Source: Eledone cirrhosa
Lineage: Eukaryota
DNA: 64,000 nucleotides
Assembly: GCA_964016885.1 (NCBI GenBank)
Contig: OZ024754.1
Span: 9,176,001 to 9,240,000 of the forward strand
Direction: 5' to 3'
Below, in pieces: positions 15,493-29,755 of the stretch. The translations under genes and the position numbers were made by a program. The notes under the pieces are model-generated. The model was not told where the DNA came from and did no database searches. It worked only from the letters and a program-made list of their open reading frames with translations. Numbering within the stretch: the stretch's first letter is position 1; each line of letters starts with the position of its first letter.

Positions 15493-16140
15493 AATATGGT
15501 TTTATAAATATAGTTTCAATTTATTAATATCGTATGTATGTATATATATATGTATATATGAACGTATATATATATAGTTTTATATATATATATATAATTT
15601 TATATATATATATATATGAATGTATATATATATAATTTTATATATATATATATATATAGGTATATATATATATACCTATATACGAAGCTGCTGTGATGTG
15701 TAAACACAACACGTGGTAGCAGCCAGATGCAGATTTGAACTCGTTGTGTAAGCATGGATTGCTGGAAATGTTTCTTCCTTGTTGATAATCCAAAAATATC
15801 CACTTCCGTGACTTACCATCTGATTAATTGGTGAAATATATTTCTTTAATGGAATATATACAGGGAAGATTAATCATATTAAAAGGTATCTATTTTTGAA
15901 GTTCTAGTCAACTTTATTTTGTTACCTACCTAGCTATGCGTGGTAACACGCTTGTAAAAATTATCTCCTGTGATTATTCATGTTTATATATATGTTAATC
16001 AATTTCTAGTTATTATAAAATGCTCGGACCTACTCGATAGAATCTTTGAGCTTATTTTCCGGGCGATATGGCGCACGCCGTTATGGCATGACACCCATAA
16101 TTTTGATTTAGATTAAATTCATTTAATTTATCTTAATTTT

Positions 16141-16211
<71 letters not shown>

Positions 16212-16246
16212 TATTTATTAAAATAACAGATTAAAGTTTAAGCAAA

Positions 16247-16739
16247 GAATCGCTGCTTTCACCCTTAACGGGATCTTCTGAAACTAACAAAGTCAATCTG
16301 TAAACGCAGAAGTGGATATTTCAAAAAACGTTGCAACCGGAGGAAGACAGGAAGACGATACTTTGGTTCGTGGAAACGTTCCCTGGCAAAGAACGGGAAA
16401 AAACGAATATAATACGTCATTAATAGGAGCGGTGAAAAACAATTACGCGCAAAGACAGAACCACGTTTATGGTATAAAAGAAGTCGTAGACTAATGTTCT
16501 CTTAGGTGGTTCATAGAGACGTTCTCTGGCAATGAACGGAAAAAACGAAGATAATACGTCATATCTTAATTCTGAAGCGGAGAATCATTCGGTTTCCTAG
16601 TTAGAATTTTAGTCTACGACTTCAGCTATACCATTTACGTGGTTTTGTCTTTGCGTGCAATTGTTCTCCACGTTCCACATATGACGTATTATCTTTGTTA
16701 GTTTCAGAAGATCCCGTTAAAGGTGAAAGCAGCGATTCT
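16247..16739. repeat. Fold-back element with nested inverted repeats
   Basis: 16247-16293 is inverted at 16693-16739; 16409-16494 is inverted at 16609-16692; there is an internal direct duplication. Confidence 0.7.
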
Positions 16740-16829
16740 GACATTACAGCAAACACCAGCTTTTCAGATGCAACATCGTGTCTGAAGTCAGAATATAGAG
16801 CCTTGATTTCTTCGATATCACAAGATGTA

Positions 16830-17130
16830 ATGTATGTATATGTATCTATATTGGCGTATATGCATCTATATTGGTGTATATATGTATCTATATTGGTGTA
16901 TATGCATCTATATTGGTGTATATATGCATCTATGTTGGTGTATATGCATCTATATTGGTGTATATGCATCTATGTTGGTGTATATATGTATCTATATTGG
17001 TGTATATGCATCTATGTTGGTGTATATATGTATCTATATTGGTGTATATGCATCTGTATTGGTGTATATATGCATCTATGTTGGTGTATATGCATCTATT
17101 GGTGTATATGCATCTATATTGGTGTATATG
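16830..17130. repeat. 20-22 bp minisatellite (TATGCATCTATATTGGTGTA)n
   Basis: Direct tandem units. Confidence 0.9.
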
Positions 17131-17146
17131 TAATCATATATATATA

Positions 17147-17408
17147 CAGTGGAACCAGAGTTCACAAAATTAATTCGTTCCCGAAGGCCGTTTGTCATCT
17201 GAAAAGTTCGGAAACCGAAACTATTTTTCACATACGAAATGTTGAGAGAGAGAGAGTGAGAGAGAGACTGTGTGAAAGATAGATAGATATCACTATAGTA
17301 ACTGACTAGACAGCGACACTTTTTCGCTGATATTCCCAGCTTGTTGCCAATTGTTGTTGCTGTCTTGCGTATTCGTTACCCGAGACACATTTCGTGAACC
17401 GAGGTTCC

Positions 17409-17411
<3 letters not shown>
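17147..17411. mobile_element. Tigger/pogo-like MITE
   Basis: TIRs CAGTGGAACCAGAGTTCACAAA / TTCGTGAACCGAGGTTCCATT, TA-flanked. Confidence 0.65.
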
Positions 17412-17451
<40 letters not shown>

Positions 17452-17454
<3 letters not shown>

Positions 17455-17723
17455 AACAAGTAGGACCCTGAAGGCTGAGCTCAAGCCGTTTCGACGGCTA
17501 ATTCTAGATATCTGTAATTCCAGATATCTGGAATTACCCCCTCAGAAGTTCGGCTATTCATTTACCAGGCTAAAAATTTTCATTTAGTCCAGAATTAGCC
17601 GTCGAAACGGCTTGAGCTCAGCCTTCGGGGTCCTACTTGTTCCTATTACCCACTCTACTACCCTAAGTATTGAGTACTTTGGTGCGTTATGGTCCATCTG
17701 GTTCCTTACCACATTTCCTTCGT

Positions 17724-17724
<1 letters not shown>
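17452..17724. mobile_element. (TA)n-flanked fold-back element, family D, degenerate hammerhead-like core
   Basis: 54 bp inverted arms at 17452-17505 and 17591-17644, plus a unique tail to 17724. Minus strand CTGAGGG-GGTAATTC..GAATTAGCCGTC-GAAAC deviates from the HHR consensus. Confidence 0.6.
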
Positions 17725-17757
<33 letters not shown>

Positions 17758-17927
17758 AGTTTGGTAATGTTGAGCAGCTCACTATCGATATATATATATA
17801 TATATGTATAAACGTTTGAATATGTATAATAAAGCCAAAACAATGCAGGTATGGACATAGAAAAAGAATGCAATTGCAAAAGATATTGTTGACAATTCGT
17901 CTTTTACCTTAGATTTATTTTAAACGT

Positions 17928-17962
17928 CCTTAATTTTCGAGATAATATCTCTTCTTCAGAGG
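17928..17962 (-). ncRNA. Minimal type I hammerhead ribozyme, family E
   Basis: Minus strand CCT-CTGAAGA-A-GAGAT att ATCTC-GAAA-AT-TA^AGG. Palindromic AATT stem III, only 3 bp of stem I. Lies in an element (~17807-17990) starting at a (TA)n tract. Confidence 0.6.
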
Positions 17963-18804
17963 GAAATAAAGGTCTCAAACCAGCGTTCTAAATATCTTGC
18001 CAAACGTGTCTACACATGCTTTGTTTGGGTAGTTACCACAAAAATGAGATATAGCAAATTTATTAATTATGGTGACTTGTTAATAGCTGTTGAAACTGCC
18101 ATAGTTGTGGCTGTAAAGTGTGCAACATTACTGTTGTGAAGACCTTGAGAAAACCACTCTGTTGTAACATGACTAGTTTCAAAGCCAGTCAACTGAGTAG
18201 CGTAAATGGCAAATTTTTTTTATCCCTTACCCTTTTATAATAACATAATTAGTTCATGTATAGAACAGGGGTAGTCCAATCTTTGGTTGGTTCATGTCTG
18301 GAGTAAATTCTTTCATGGTAGTATCAAGAATTTCACTGTTTCTTTGTTTTGTTTTTCTCGAGAGTTGAGTATTAGTGGAAAATAAAGAAGAAAAAAAACA
18401 ACAAAAATTGCAAAGCAATCTAGGAACTATTTGTTGTCGGACTAATAAAAAAACTGTCGTCAATGAAATGCATGTTCTGAATTGTGGCAGTAGAGACATA
18501 CAAGCTCAAAGAAATGCTGTAGCTTGCTATTGCTATAAATAAATAATTAATTGATGAATTAACTAAGTATGTAGCACATTAGACCAGATTAGTTGTGTCT
18601 GAGTTTGTATACATTAGAAGCTATTAGTTTCTCCTTGCATGACTGGTAAGTGTTATTTCTTAGAAGGAGGTCTTAAGAAGTCTAGAAGTTAACCTGATTA
18701 ATTTAAACAGTTGCTGTCCACAGAAGCAAGCCTGTACTCTCACCCTATTGCTTACCTTTTACATTATTCTTGAAATTCTCTCCTCCTCTCAATTATTCCT
18801 GAGA

Positions 18805-19850
18805 GGGTCATGGAATCAGAGTCCCTAAACACTCCTTGCAGCAGGCCCCGTCAGAAGCAACCATCTCCAACTGATCCCCAAGCGAGACCAGCCAAGATGG
18901 ACGCTATCCAACCATCTTGCTTGGAGTCTACCCCTGGGTCTCCCACGAGATGTATTTTGCCCACTTATTCCTGAGCGTCGCGAGGGCACAGTCCTCAAGT
19001 ACTCCTTCCTGTGGGTCCTATCAGAAGCAATTGTCTCCAATTGATCCAGCCGAATCCCTAAATGGGACCAGCCAAGCTCATAGATGTTATCTATTCATCT
19101 TAATTAGGGTCTACCCCCTGGGTCTCCCGCTGGTTAGTTTTGCCCATAAAATCTGTCCAGCAATTGTCTCCAATTGATCCAGCTAAATCCCTAAATGGGA
19201 CCAGCCAAGCTCATAGATGTTATCTATTCATCTTAATTAGGGTCTACCCCCTGGGTCTCCCGCTGGTTAGTTTTGCCCATAAAATCTGTCCAGCAATTGT
19301 CCCAGCTGAATCCCTAAATGGGACCAGCCAAGCTCATAGATGTTATCTATTCATCTTAATTAGGGTCTACCCCCTGGGTCTCCCGCTGGTTAGTTTTGCC
19401 CATAAAATCTGTCCAGCAATTGATCCAGCTAAATCCCTAAATGGGACCAGCCAAGCTCATAGATGTTATCTATTCATCTTAATTAGGGTCTACCCCTGGG
19501 TCTCCCGCTGGTTAGTTTTGCCCATAAAATCTGTCCAGCAATTGTCTCCAATTGTTCCAGCCGAATCCCTAAATGGGACCAGCCAAGCTCATAGATGTTA
19601 TCTATTCATCTTAATTAGGGTCTACCCCCTGGGTCTCCCGCTGGTTAGTTTTGCCCATAAAATCTGTCCAGCAATTGTCTCCAATTGATCCAGCTAAATC
19701 CCTAAATGGGACCAGCCAAGCTCATAGATGTTATCTATTCATCTTAATTAGGGTCTACCCCCCTGGGTCTCCCGCTGGTTAGTTTTGCCCATAAAATCTG
19801 TCCAGCAATTCTTTCTTGAGACCTTCTAATCACATGTCCCTAATATCGGA
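18805..19850 (-). mobile_element. RTE-type LINE 3' fragments amplified as ~125-138 bp tandem repeat
   Basis: RPRGRLQARWLD motif. About six tandem units at 19030-19810 encode the equivalent GRPRGRP..RW segment. Related sequence lies at 45040-45180 (+). Confidence 0.65.
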
Positions 19851-19951
19851 GAAGTAGCAGCTCTACCTGGAGGGACTCTCAGATATCTGAGCTACCTACT
19901 CTATTGAGCAACGTTACTCCAAACACTTTCACTCAATATTGTACTTTGGTA

Positions 19952-20330
19952 GATTGGCAGTATCGTTAGAGTGTTGGACAACATACTTCCTGGCAGAGTT
20001 ATGACCCTTTACGTTCTGAGTTCAAATCAAGCGAAAGTTAGCTTTGCCTTTCATTCTTACGGGGTCGATAAAATAAAGTACCAGTAATACACTGGGGTTG
20101 ATTTAATCGACATTTCACTCCCCCCCCCCAAATATTGTTGGCCTTGTGTCTAAACCAGAACCTAGGTGGATTGGCAGTATCGGTAGAGGGTCAGACGCCA
20201 TGCTTTGAAGCATAAAGTTACCTCCCTTTATGATCTGAGTTCAAATCCCCCCGAGGTTAACTTTGCCTTTCATCCTTACGGGGTCGATAAAATAAAGTAC
20301 CAGTAATGCAAAAGTAGAAACAATTATATT
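19952..20330 (+). mobile_element. Two tandem tRNA-derived SINEs (SINE family 1)
   Basis: A-box TGGCAGTATCGG, B-box GAGTTCAAATCC, central CTTTGCCTTTCATCCTTACGGGGTCGATAAAATAAAGTACCAG (Nin/Deu-like), tail GGCCTTGTGCC..AGAAACAATT. Confidence 0.85.
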
Positions 20331-20622
20331 ATATTGTTATATTACATTATAATGTATCATATATCATATTATAGGATATTGTGTTATGTTATATTATATT
20401 ATATCGTGTTATATTATATTATATTATATCGTGTTATGTTATATTATATTATATTATATCGTGTTATATTATATTATATTATACTACATTGAAAATACCA
20501 AATAGAGTGACAGCATTGCTTACAAATACAAGTTTTATATTCTGTTTGGCTCTGATATCTTGAAAGAAATTTAAACAACAATCTAAATATCATTCACTTA
20601 AAAAAAAAGACAGAAAAATAAG

Positions 20623-20812
20623 TAATTGTTTCTACTTTTTGGCACAAGGCCAGCAATTACCCAGTACATTACTGGTACTTTATTTTATCGACCCCGTAAG
20701 GATGAAAGGCATAGTTAACCTCGGCGGGATTTGAACTTAGGATGGCAAGGGCCGTAACTCTATGCATCAAAGCATGGCGTCCGACCCCTCTACCGATACT
20801 GCCATTTCACCG
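20623..20812 (-). mobile_element. SINE family 1, full length
   Basis: Reverse complement of the family consensus. Confidence 0.85.
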
Positions 20813-20845
20813 AAATAATGACGATTTCTTTTATTTTATATACTA

Positions 20846-21688
20846 CTAGCAGAATGGCCCGGCATTGCTCGGGATTCTAAACATAGACGTAGATTGGCAT
20901 GTTTATCCCTCCTTTCTGAAACAGTACAGAGAAGTACAGGATACCTCGACCTGGGGATGGTGTCTGCATTTTGTGCTTATGAAAAACATTTGTCGTAGAT
21001 TACCAGGGGTTTAACTTAATTGGGTGCCTGAGAGTAAAATGTTCAACCCACGAAAGCCAAGACGATAGGGTTAAGTAAAAAGGCATTCGACAAACCGAAC
21101 ATGTATTTATTGTGCTATGGTACAATGAAAGCAATAGTTACAGAGCAGTAAACATGTGGGACTGCAGTAGTGGAGAGCATGAAGGAATTTAGTTGGATAC
21201 TTTTAAGGTTACAAGCCCTAACGCAACCAGAATGCTAAAGAATGCGGTCCCCGGGCAAAAATTTGAAATCTTTTTCAATCAAGAAAATTTGTGAAACATA
21301 AGTAATGCATATGCAAAGTTTAAAAAAAATCGGTTGGGTACTTCTCGAGTTACAGGCCTTAACGCAACCAAAATGCTTTAAAAAATTGTTTTTTTGCCTA
21401 ATGTGGTCCATGGGGCAAAAAATGAGAAAATCTTTTTTGCTCAAAACACTTTAAACGACATAAGTAATGCAAATTTTGAAGAAATCGCCTGGGTTGATGT
21501 TCCGTTATGCCTACAAAAAACCTTTAAAAACCTAATGCGGTCCTTGGACATTGAAAATTTGAAATATCTTTTGCTCAAAACACTCACACAGTCATAAGTA
21601 TTACATGTGTAAAGTTTGAAAAAAATCGGTTGGGTGGTTCTCAAGTTTTAGGGGGACAGACAGACATTCTCTGTTTTAGATATATAGA
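20846..21688 (-). mobile_element. Non-autonomous Helitron-like element
   Basis: Minus strand 5' TC...hairpin CCCGAGCAATGCCGGG...CTAG 3', inserted between A and T. (GTCT)n near the 5' end and internal duplications. Confidence 0.7.
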
Positions 21689-21691
21689 TAA

Positions 21692-22467
21692 TCTCTCTCT
21701 ATATAAAATTCTTTGTCTCTCTGTCTGTCTATCTTTTCCTTATGCATTCTCAAACGACTCGACCAAATCAAATCAAATTTTTACAAGGTAATAGTATTAG
21801 ACCCCGGGATTAATAACATTTAATTTTTATTTTCATTTGGATTAAAACAATATAACATTTTATCTAAAATATTCTATCTATAGACTATAAGTAAACTACA
21901 TTTTATAACACCACGACGATGGCGTCACATTTTGTATATGAGTGTGTATGTGTTTGTGAGTGTGTGTGTGTTTGTGCGTTCATTACATATGTTAGGCCTT
22001 AGTAAGTTACATACACAGAGAATTAAACACACATACATATACATGTGTTGACTGATGTGTGGTTGAATTTAAGAGGCTTCAGTTACCAGTCAAACTAATT
22101 TTTTTTAATTTCAATTAACAAATCCCAGGGTTGATCCCTCAAGGTAGTTGGACTTGATCTCTCTACTACATGTTTCTCCCACAGTCAACTCTATGTCGGT
22201 TGCTCATGAGTTGGCAGCAGCAACAATTTATTCATTTGGACACCAACAAAAAATTACGCAATGAATATTGTTTACCCTGGGGTGGGTGCTTCAAGATTGA
22301 CACATTTTCATTTCTAAGTTCTATTATCAATACAATTTGGATATTTAAAAAATAAAATGTAGATATTTTGAAATAATTATGAGAAAAAAAAAATATCTCC
22401 ATATTTATTGTTTACTAATCTGAATAAGAACAGCGGTAACCCGGGCAACGCTGGGTCATTCAGCTAG
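21692..22467 (+). mobile_element. Non-autonomous Helitron-like element
   Basis: 5' TC at 21692, (CTGT)n, subterminal hairpin CCCGGGCAACGCTGGG, 3' CTAG at 22464-22467, A|T target. Confidence 0.7.
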
Positions 22468-22539
22468 TAATAATAATAATAATAAACTGTGAACATCTCA
22501 CTGTCTTTTGTCAGTGATTTTATTTTACCAATAATAATA

Positions 22540-23735
22540 ATTGTTTCTACTTTAGGCACAAGGCCAGCAATTACCCAGTGCATTACTGGTACTTTATTTT
22601 ATCGACCCCGTAAGGATGAAAGGCAAAGCTAACCTCGGCGGGATTTGAACTCAGAATGGCAAGGGCCGTAACTCTATGCGTCAAAGCATGGCGTCCGACC
22701 CTCTCCCAATACTGCCAATCCACCGCCCTTAATAATAATAATTGTTTCTACATTAGGCACAAGGTCAGCAATTTGAAGAGGAGGGGAAAGTCGATTAAAT
22801 CGACCCTAGTGCATTACTGGTACTTTATTGACTCCATAAGGATGAAAGTCAAAGCTAACCTCAGCGGCATTTGAACTCAGACGGTAAAGGGCCGTAACTA
22901 TGTGCTGGTCACTGAAAAAGGTGGTGGTAATACCAATAGTAGCTGGAGTCTTGGGAAGAGAGAGTAGAGAGATCTTGAGAAGTACATCAAACAAATAAGG
23001 ATTGCAATACGGATGGAACAGTTGCAACAACCGGCATTCCTTGGAACAGCTGGAATACTCTGGAGGGTACTGGAAAAATAAGGGCCGTTACCTCAATTCA
23101 CTGGTAGGCAACAGCTAACTATGTAATAAATCTCTACATTTGGAACAAGGCAAGCAATTATCCCAGTTCATTACTGGTACCTTATTTTATCAACCCCCGT
23201 AAGGATGAAAGGCAAAGTTAACCTCGGCGGGATTTGAACTCAGACCGTAAAGGGCCGTCACTCTATGCTGCAAAGCATGGCGTCTGACGCTCAACCGATA
23301 CTGCCAAACCAATAATAATAATAACAATAATAATAATAATAATGATTTCTAGTATAGGCACAAGGCCAGCAATTTTGTGGTAGGGGAAAATCGATTAAAT
23401 CAACCCCAGTGCGTGACTGGTACTTTATTTTACCGACCCCGTAGCTAACCTCGGCAGGATTTGAACTCAGATCATAAAGGGGCGTAACTCTATGCAAGGC
23501 ATAGTGTCTGATGATCTACCGATACTGCCAAACCAATAATAATAATAATAATTGTTTCTACTTTAGGCACAAGGCCAGCAATTACCCAGTGCATTACTGG
23601 TACTTTATTTTATCGACCCCGTAAGGATGAAAGGCAAAGCTAACCTCGGCGGGATTTGAACTCAGAATGGCAAGGGCCGTAACTCTATGCGTCAAAGCAT
23701 GGCGTCCGACCCTCTACCGATACTGCCAATCCACC
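22540..23735 (-). mobile_element. Cluster of five SINE family 1 copies separated by (AAT)n
   Basis: Copies at ~22540-22725, 22741-22905, 23148-23310, 23344-23535 and 23551-23735. Confidence 0.85.
22912..23145 (+). mobile_element. Second R4/Dong-clade LINE C-terminal fragment
   Basis: KVVVIPIVAGVLG...EQLQQPAFLGTAGILWRVLEK* followed by a short 3' UTR. Confidence 0.75.
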
Positions 23736-23749
23736 AATAATAAAAACAT

Positions 23750-24372
23750 CTAGCCCAGACTCACTATAAAGGCTGGAGACATGATATGATAGGAAAGGTG
23801 ATTCACTGGCATCTATGCAAACTAAACAATTTACCACATTCTGAGAAGTGGTATGAGCATAAGCCAGAGTCGGTGATAGAAAACGATCAGGTGAAGGTGC
23901 TATGGGATTTTAGGATACAGGCGGACAAGAAATTAGAACACAACAGGCCCGACCTGGTGGTTTTTGACAAGGAAAGAAGATTGTGCCTGATTGTAGATGT
24001 AGCCTGCCCATTTGACACAGGAGTGCAAGAAAAGGAGAGGGAGAAAATTAACCGATACCAGGATTTAAAGTGGGAGGTAAAAAGGATTTGGAACTGACAT
24101 GAGATCAAGGCCGTCCCGATTGTCATAGGAGCACTAGGTACTATCTCAAGGAGTTTCCAAGGATGGTTAAAGAAGATTAGTCCAGCCCCGCTTTTTGGAA
24201 CACTTCAAAAGGCATGCTTGCTGGGAACAGCAAGAATCCTCCGATACGTCCTGAATGTTTGAGGCTGCAGGTAGTGGCTTCATATTCATTTCAACAAATA
24301 TTCCAGTTAAATAATATCAATGACTGAGACTCAAAGAATAATAATAATAATAGTAATAATAATAATAATAAT
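23750..24372 (+). mobile_element. 5'-truncated R4/Dong-clade non-LTR retrotransposon (restriction-like endonuclease domain)
   Basis: RHD..GKVIHWHLC..WYEHKPESVIEND..LWDFRIQAD..HNRPDLVV..IVDVACPFD..KEREK, then after a stop/frameshift VPIVIGALG..LQKACLLGTARILRYVL*. Ends in (AAT)n at 24338-24372. Confidence 0.88.
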
Positions 24373-24487
24373 TGAATAAAAAAGAATTCCTGCAGACTTT
24401 GTATTTTAATCTGCTTCAGGCTAATTTCATAAAGCACAAATTAGATTTGTCAACATATTTATTGTGTGAGCGTGTGGTTTTCTTTGA

Positions 24488-24544
<57 letters not shown>

Positions 24545-25031
24545 GAGTTGGAGGGTCTTCTTAGGAGGTGGAGGTGGAGACAAAGATGTATTTAAAAAAA
24601 ATATATACACATACATGATATATATATATATATATACATAGAGACCACTCACATCTATGTGTGTATGAGTCTATATGTATACATACATATATATATATAT
24701 ATAAATATATATATGAATATATAAATATATATATATATATATGAATATATAAATATATATATATATATGAATATATAAATATAAATACATATATATATAT
24801 ATATATATATATATGAATATATAAATATATATATATATATATACATACATATATATATATTATATAAATATATATATATATATGAATATATAAATATAAA
24901 TATAAATACATATATATATATATATATATATATATGAATATATAAATATATATATATATATATACATACATATATATATATTATATAAATATATATATAT
25001 ATATGAATATATAAATATAAATATAAATACA

Positions 25032-25067
<36 letters not shown>

Positions 25068-25334
25068 AATACTACATATATATATATATATATATATATA
25101 AATACATAAATACATATATATATATATATATATATATAAATACATATATATATATATATATATAAATACATATATATATATATATATAAATACATATATA
25201 TATATATAAATAATACATATATATATATATAAATACATATATATATATGAATACATATATATATATACATATATATATACATATATATATACATATATAC
25301 ATATATATATATACATATATACATATATATATAC

Positions 25335-25367
<33 letters not shown>

Positions 25368-25682
25368 CATATATATATACATATATATATACATATATAT
25401 ATACATATATATATACATACATATATATATACATATATGTATTTATATATATATATATATATCATCATCATCATCACCGTTTTACGTCCGTTCTTCCATG
25501 CTATATATATATATACATACATATATATATATATATATATAAATACATATATATATATATATAAATACACATATATATATAAATACACATATATATATAT
25601 ATATATAAATATATTAACCCATGCTAGCATGGAAGAACGGACGTAAAACGGTGATGATGATGATATATATATATATATATAA

Positions 25683-25719
<37 letters not shown>

Positions 25720-25982
25720 CATACATGTATATAAATACATATATAAATACATATATAAATACATATATAAATACATATATATATAAATACATATATAAAT
25801 ACATATATAAATACATATATAAATACATATATAAATACATATATATATAAATACATACATGTATATAAATACATATATAAATACATATATAAATACATAT
25901 ATAAATACATATATAAATACATATATATATAAATACATACATGTATATAAATACATATATAAATACATATATAAATACATAT

Positions 25983-26029
<47 letters not shown>

Positions 26030-26236
26030 AATATATATATATGTGTGTCTGTGTATGTTTATGTGTGTGTGTATATGTACTGTGAGTGTGTATTGTGTGT
26101 ACACATATCTAAAGAAATATTCTGATTTCTAAAGAACCATAAAGATATTTAGCTGGCAGCAATTGTTTATCTGAAAGGAAAACCCTACTTTTTACACATT
26201 ACTCCTCTCCCCTCCTCTTAATCTTGTACTGTCTCC

Positions 26237-27890
<1,654 letters not shown>

Positions 27891-28341
27891 TAGTTTGAAC
27901 TAGATGTTTAGCCTAAAACAATGTAAATTTGTTGATATATATATGTGTGTGTATGTATGTGTGTGGGTATGTGTGTATGTGTGTGTGTGTGTGTGTTTAT
28001 TTCATTATATTTGTGGCTGTTATGGATATAATACACACACAAAATAGACAGACACACATAAACACACACATGTTCGTTCATAGATACACACACACACACA
28101 CATTCATACACAAACACACATGCGCGTCCACACACACACACACACACATACATAAACACACATGCACGTCCACACACACACAAACACACATGCACATTCA
28201 TACACACACATGCTCATTTATATATACACTCACATAAAAACACATGCACATTCATAGACACACACACAAACACATGCTCATTTATGCATACACACACACA
28301 AACACATGGGTGCACACACACACACACACAAACACATGGGT

Positions 28342-28384
<43 letters not shown>

Positions 28385-28524
28385 AACTACAAGCTTTTAC
28401 AGTTTCTGTCAACTAAAATTTTACTCACAAGGCATTGGTCGACTCAAAACTATAGAAGAAGAAACTTGCCCAAGGTGCCAATCAGTGGCAATGGACTTAT
28501 ATTTCAAAGTAAATTCCTTAACCT

Positions 28525-29162
28525 TCTTCTTCTTGGTCCTGTGTGATGAGACGGGTCATCCTAGGCCAGTGATCCCAGAGGACCAGGTCCACCAGTGCCC
28601 TTGATCACTGGTGGGTCAGTGCCAGCCCCTCTGCAGCCTCCAAGGCTATGTCAAGCCTTTGGAGATCTTCCTTGATGACATCCAGACATCTTGTGTGGGG
28701 TCTGCCATGAGGCCTGACATTTGGCCAGCCATGAGGCCTGCCATAAGGCCTACCCCTGCCATGAGGCCTGCCATAAGGCCTACCCCTGCCATGAGGCCTG
28801 CCATAAGGCCTACCCCTGCCATGAGGCCTGCCATAAGGCCTACCCCTGCCATGAGGCCTGCCATAAGGCCTACCCCTGCCATGAGGCCTCTTCCAGCCTG
28901 TAGCTGCTGCATCAAAAAAGAGTAAGGCCCTGGTAGGATGATCTGGCAGGAGACAGAGAACATGTCCATATGTGCACATGCAGTGGATGGCTATGAAGTG
29001 GGAGGCTGCAGGCTGATCCATGCACACATGCACCACTTTGTTGGAAATGTGGTGGTACCATCATCTGATGTTCTCAGTGATCCTCAGGGCTTCGCTATCG
29101 CAGCCGTTGATGTTCTTTGTCAGGGTCTTTGTGAAAGGCCACCTTTCTACTCCATAGAGGAG
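28525..29162 (-). mobile_element. RTE-type LINE C-terminal fragment with internal 30 bp tandem expansion
   Basis: YGHVLCLLPDHPTRALL..GWKRP([10 protein letters not shown])nHTRCLDVIKEDL. The 30 bp repeat spans ~28705-28889. Confidence 0.7.
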
Positions 29163-29371
29163 AATGGTTAGACGGGAGTTGTCCCACTTGAGGCAAGATT
29201 GGTCGGGCGACCGTGTCTCGCTCATATAGGACCTATATGGCAGGTTTTCTATGGCTGGATGCCCTTCCTAACACCAACCACATTTACAGTGTGGACTGGG
29301 AGTTTTTTACCGTGTTACCTACACGACCTCATTACAGCATTGTAGGTATGGAGCTTTGTCATCTGGCAGAT

Positions 29372-29630
29372 AGAGCAGTGAAGCCAGAGGGGCTTCCATA
29401 GGGAGTGCATGACATGACTCTGCCAGCAGAGCAGTGAAGTCAGAGGGGCTTCCATAGGGAGTGCATGACTCTGCCGGCAGAGCAGTGAAGTCAGAGGGGC
29501 TTCCATAGGGAGTGCATGACTCTGCCGGCAGAGCAGTGAAGTCAGAGGGGCTTCCATAGGGAGTGCATGACTCTGCCGGCAGAGCAGTGAAGCCATAGGG
29601 GCTTCCATATGGTGTGCATGACTCTGCCGG
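29372..29630. repeat. 51 bp minisatellite
   Basis: About five units of AGAGCAGTGAAGTCAGAGGGGCTTCCATAGGGAGTGCATGACTCTGCCGGC. Confidence 0.9.
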
Positions 29631-29755
29631 CCAGACCACATCTGTGGTTGATCTTTAGGGTCAGGTCTCCATTGTTGGTGACTGTCGAGCCCTGGTAAAT
29701 GAAAGAGTTGACAAACTTATAAACTCAAACTACATAATATACTCTACACCTAACA

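Larger units (their letters stand above)
15148..15534. mobile_element. (TA)n-flanked fold-back element, family C
   Basis: Near-perfect inverted arms of ~130 bp (~15236-15369 and ~15402-15534), a ~32 bp loop, and a unique terminal segment 15148-15235. TA-rich microsatellite on both sides. Confidence 0.75.

Noticed and set aside
23786-24097. 103 aa ORF as a host gene
   Set aside because: It is the endonuclease region of a 5'-truncated, disrupted R4/Dong retrotransposon.
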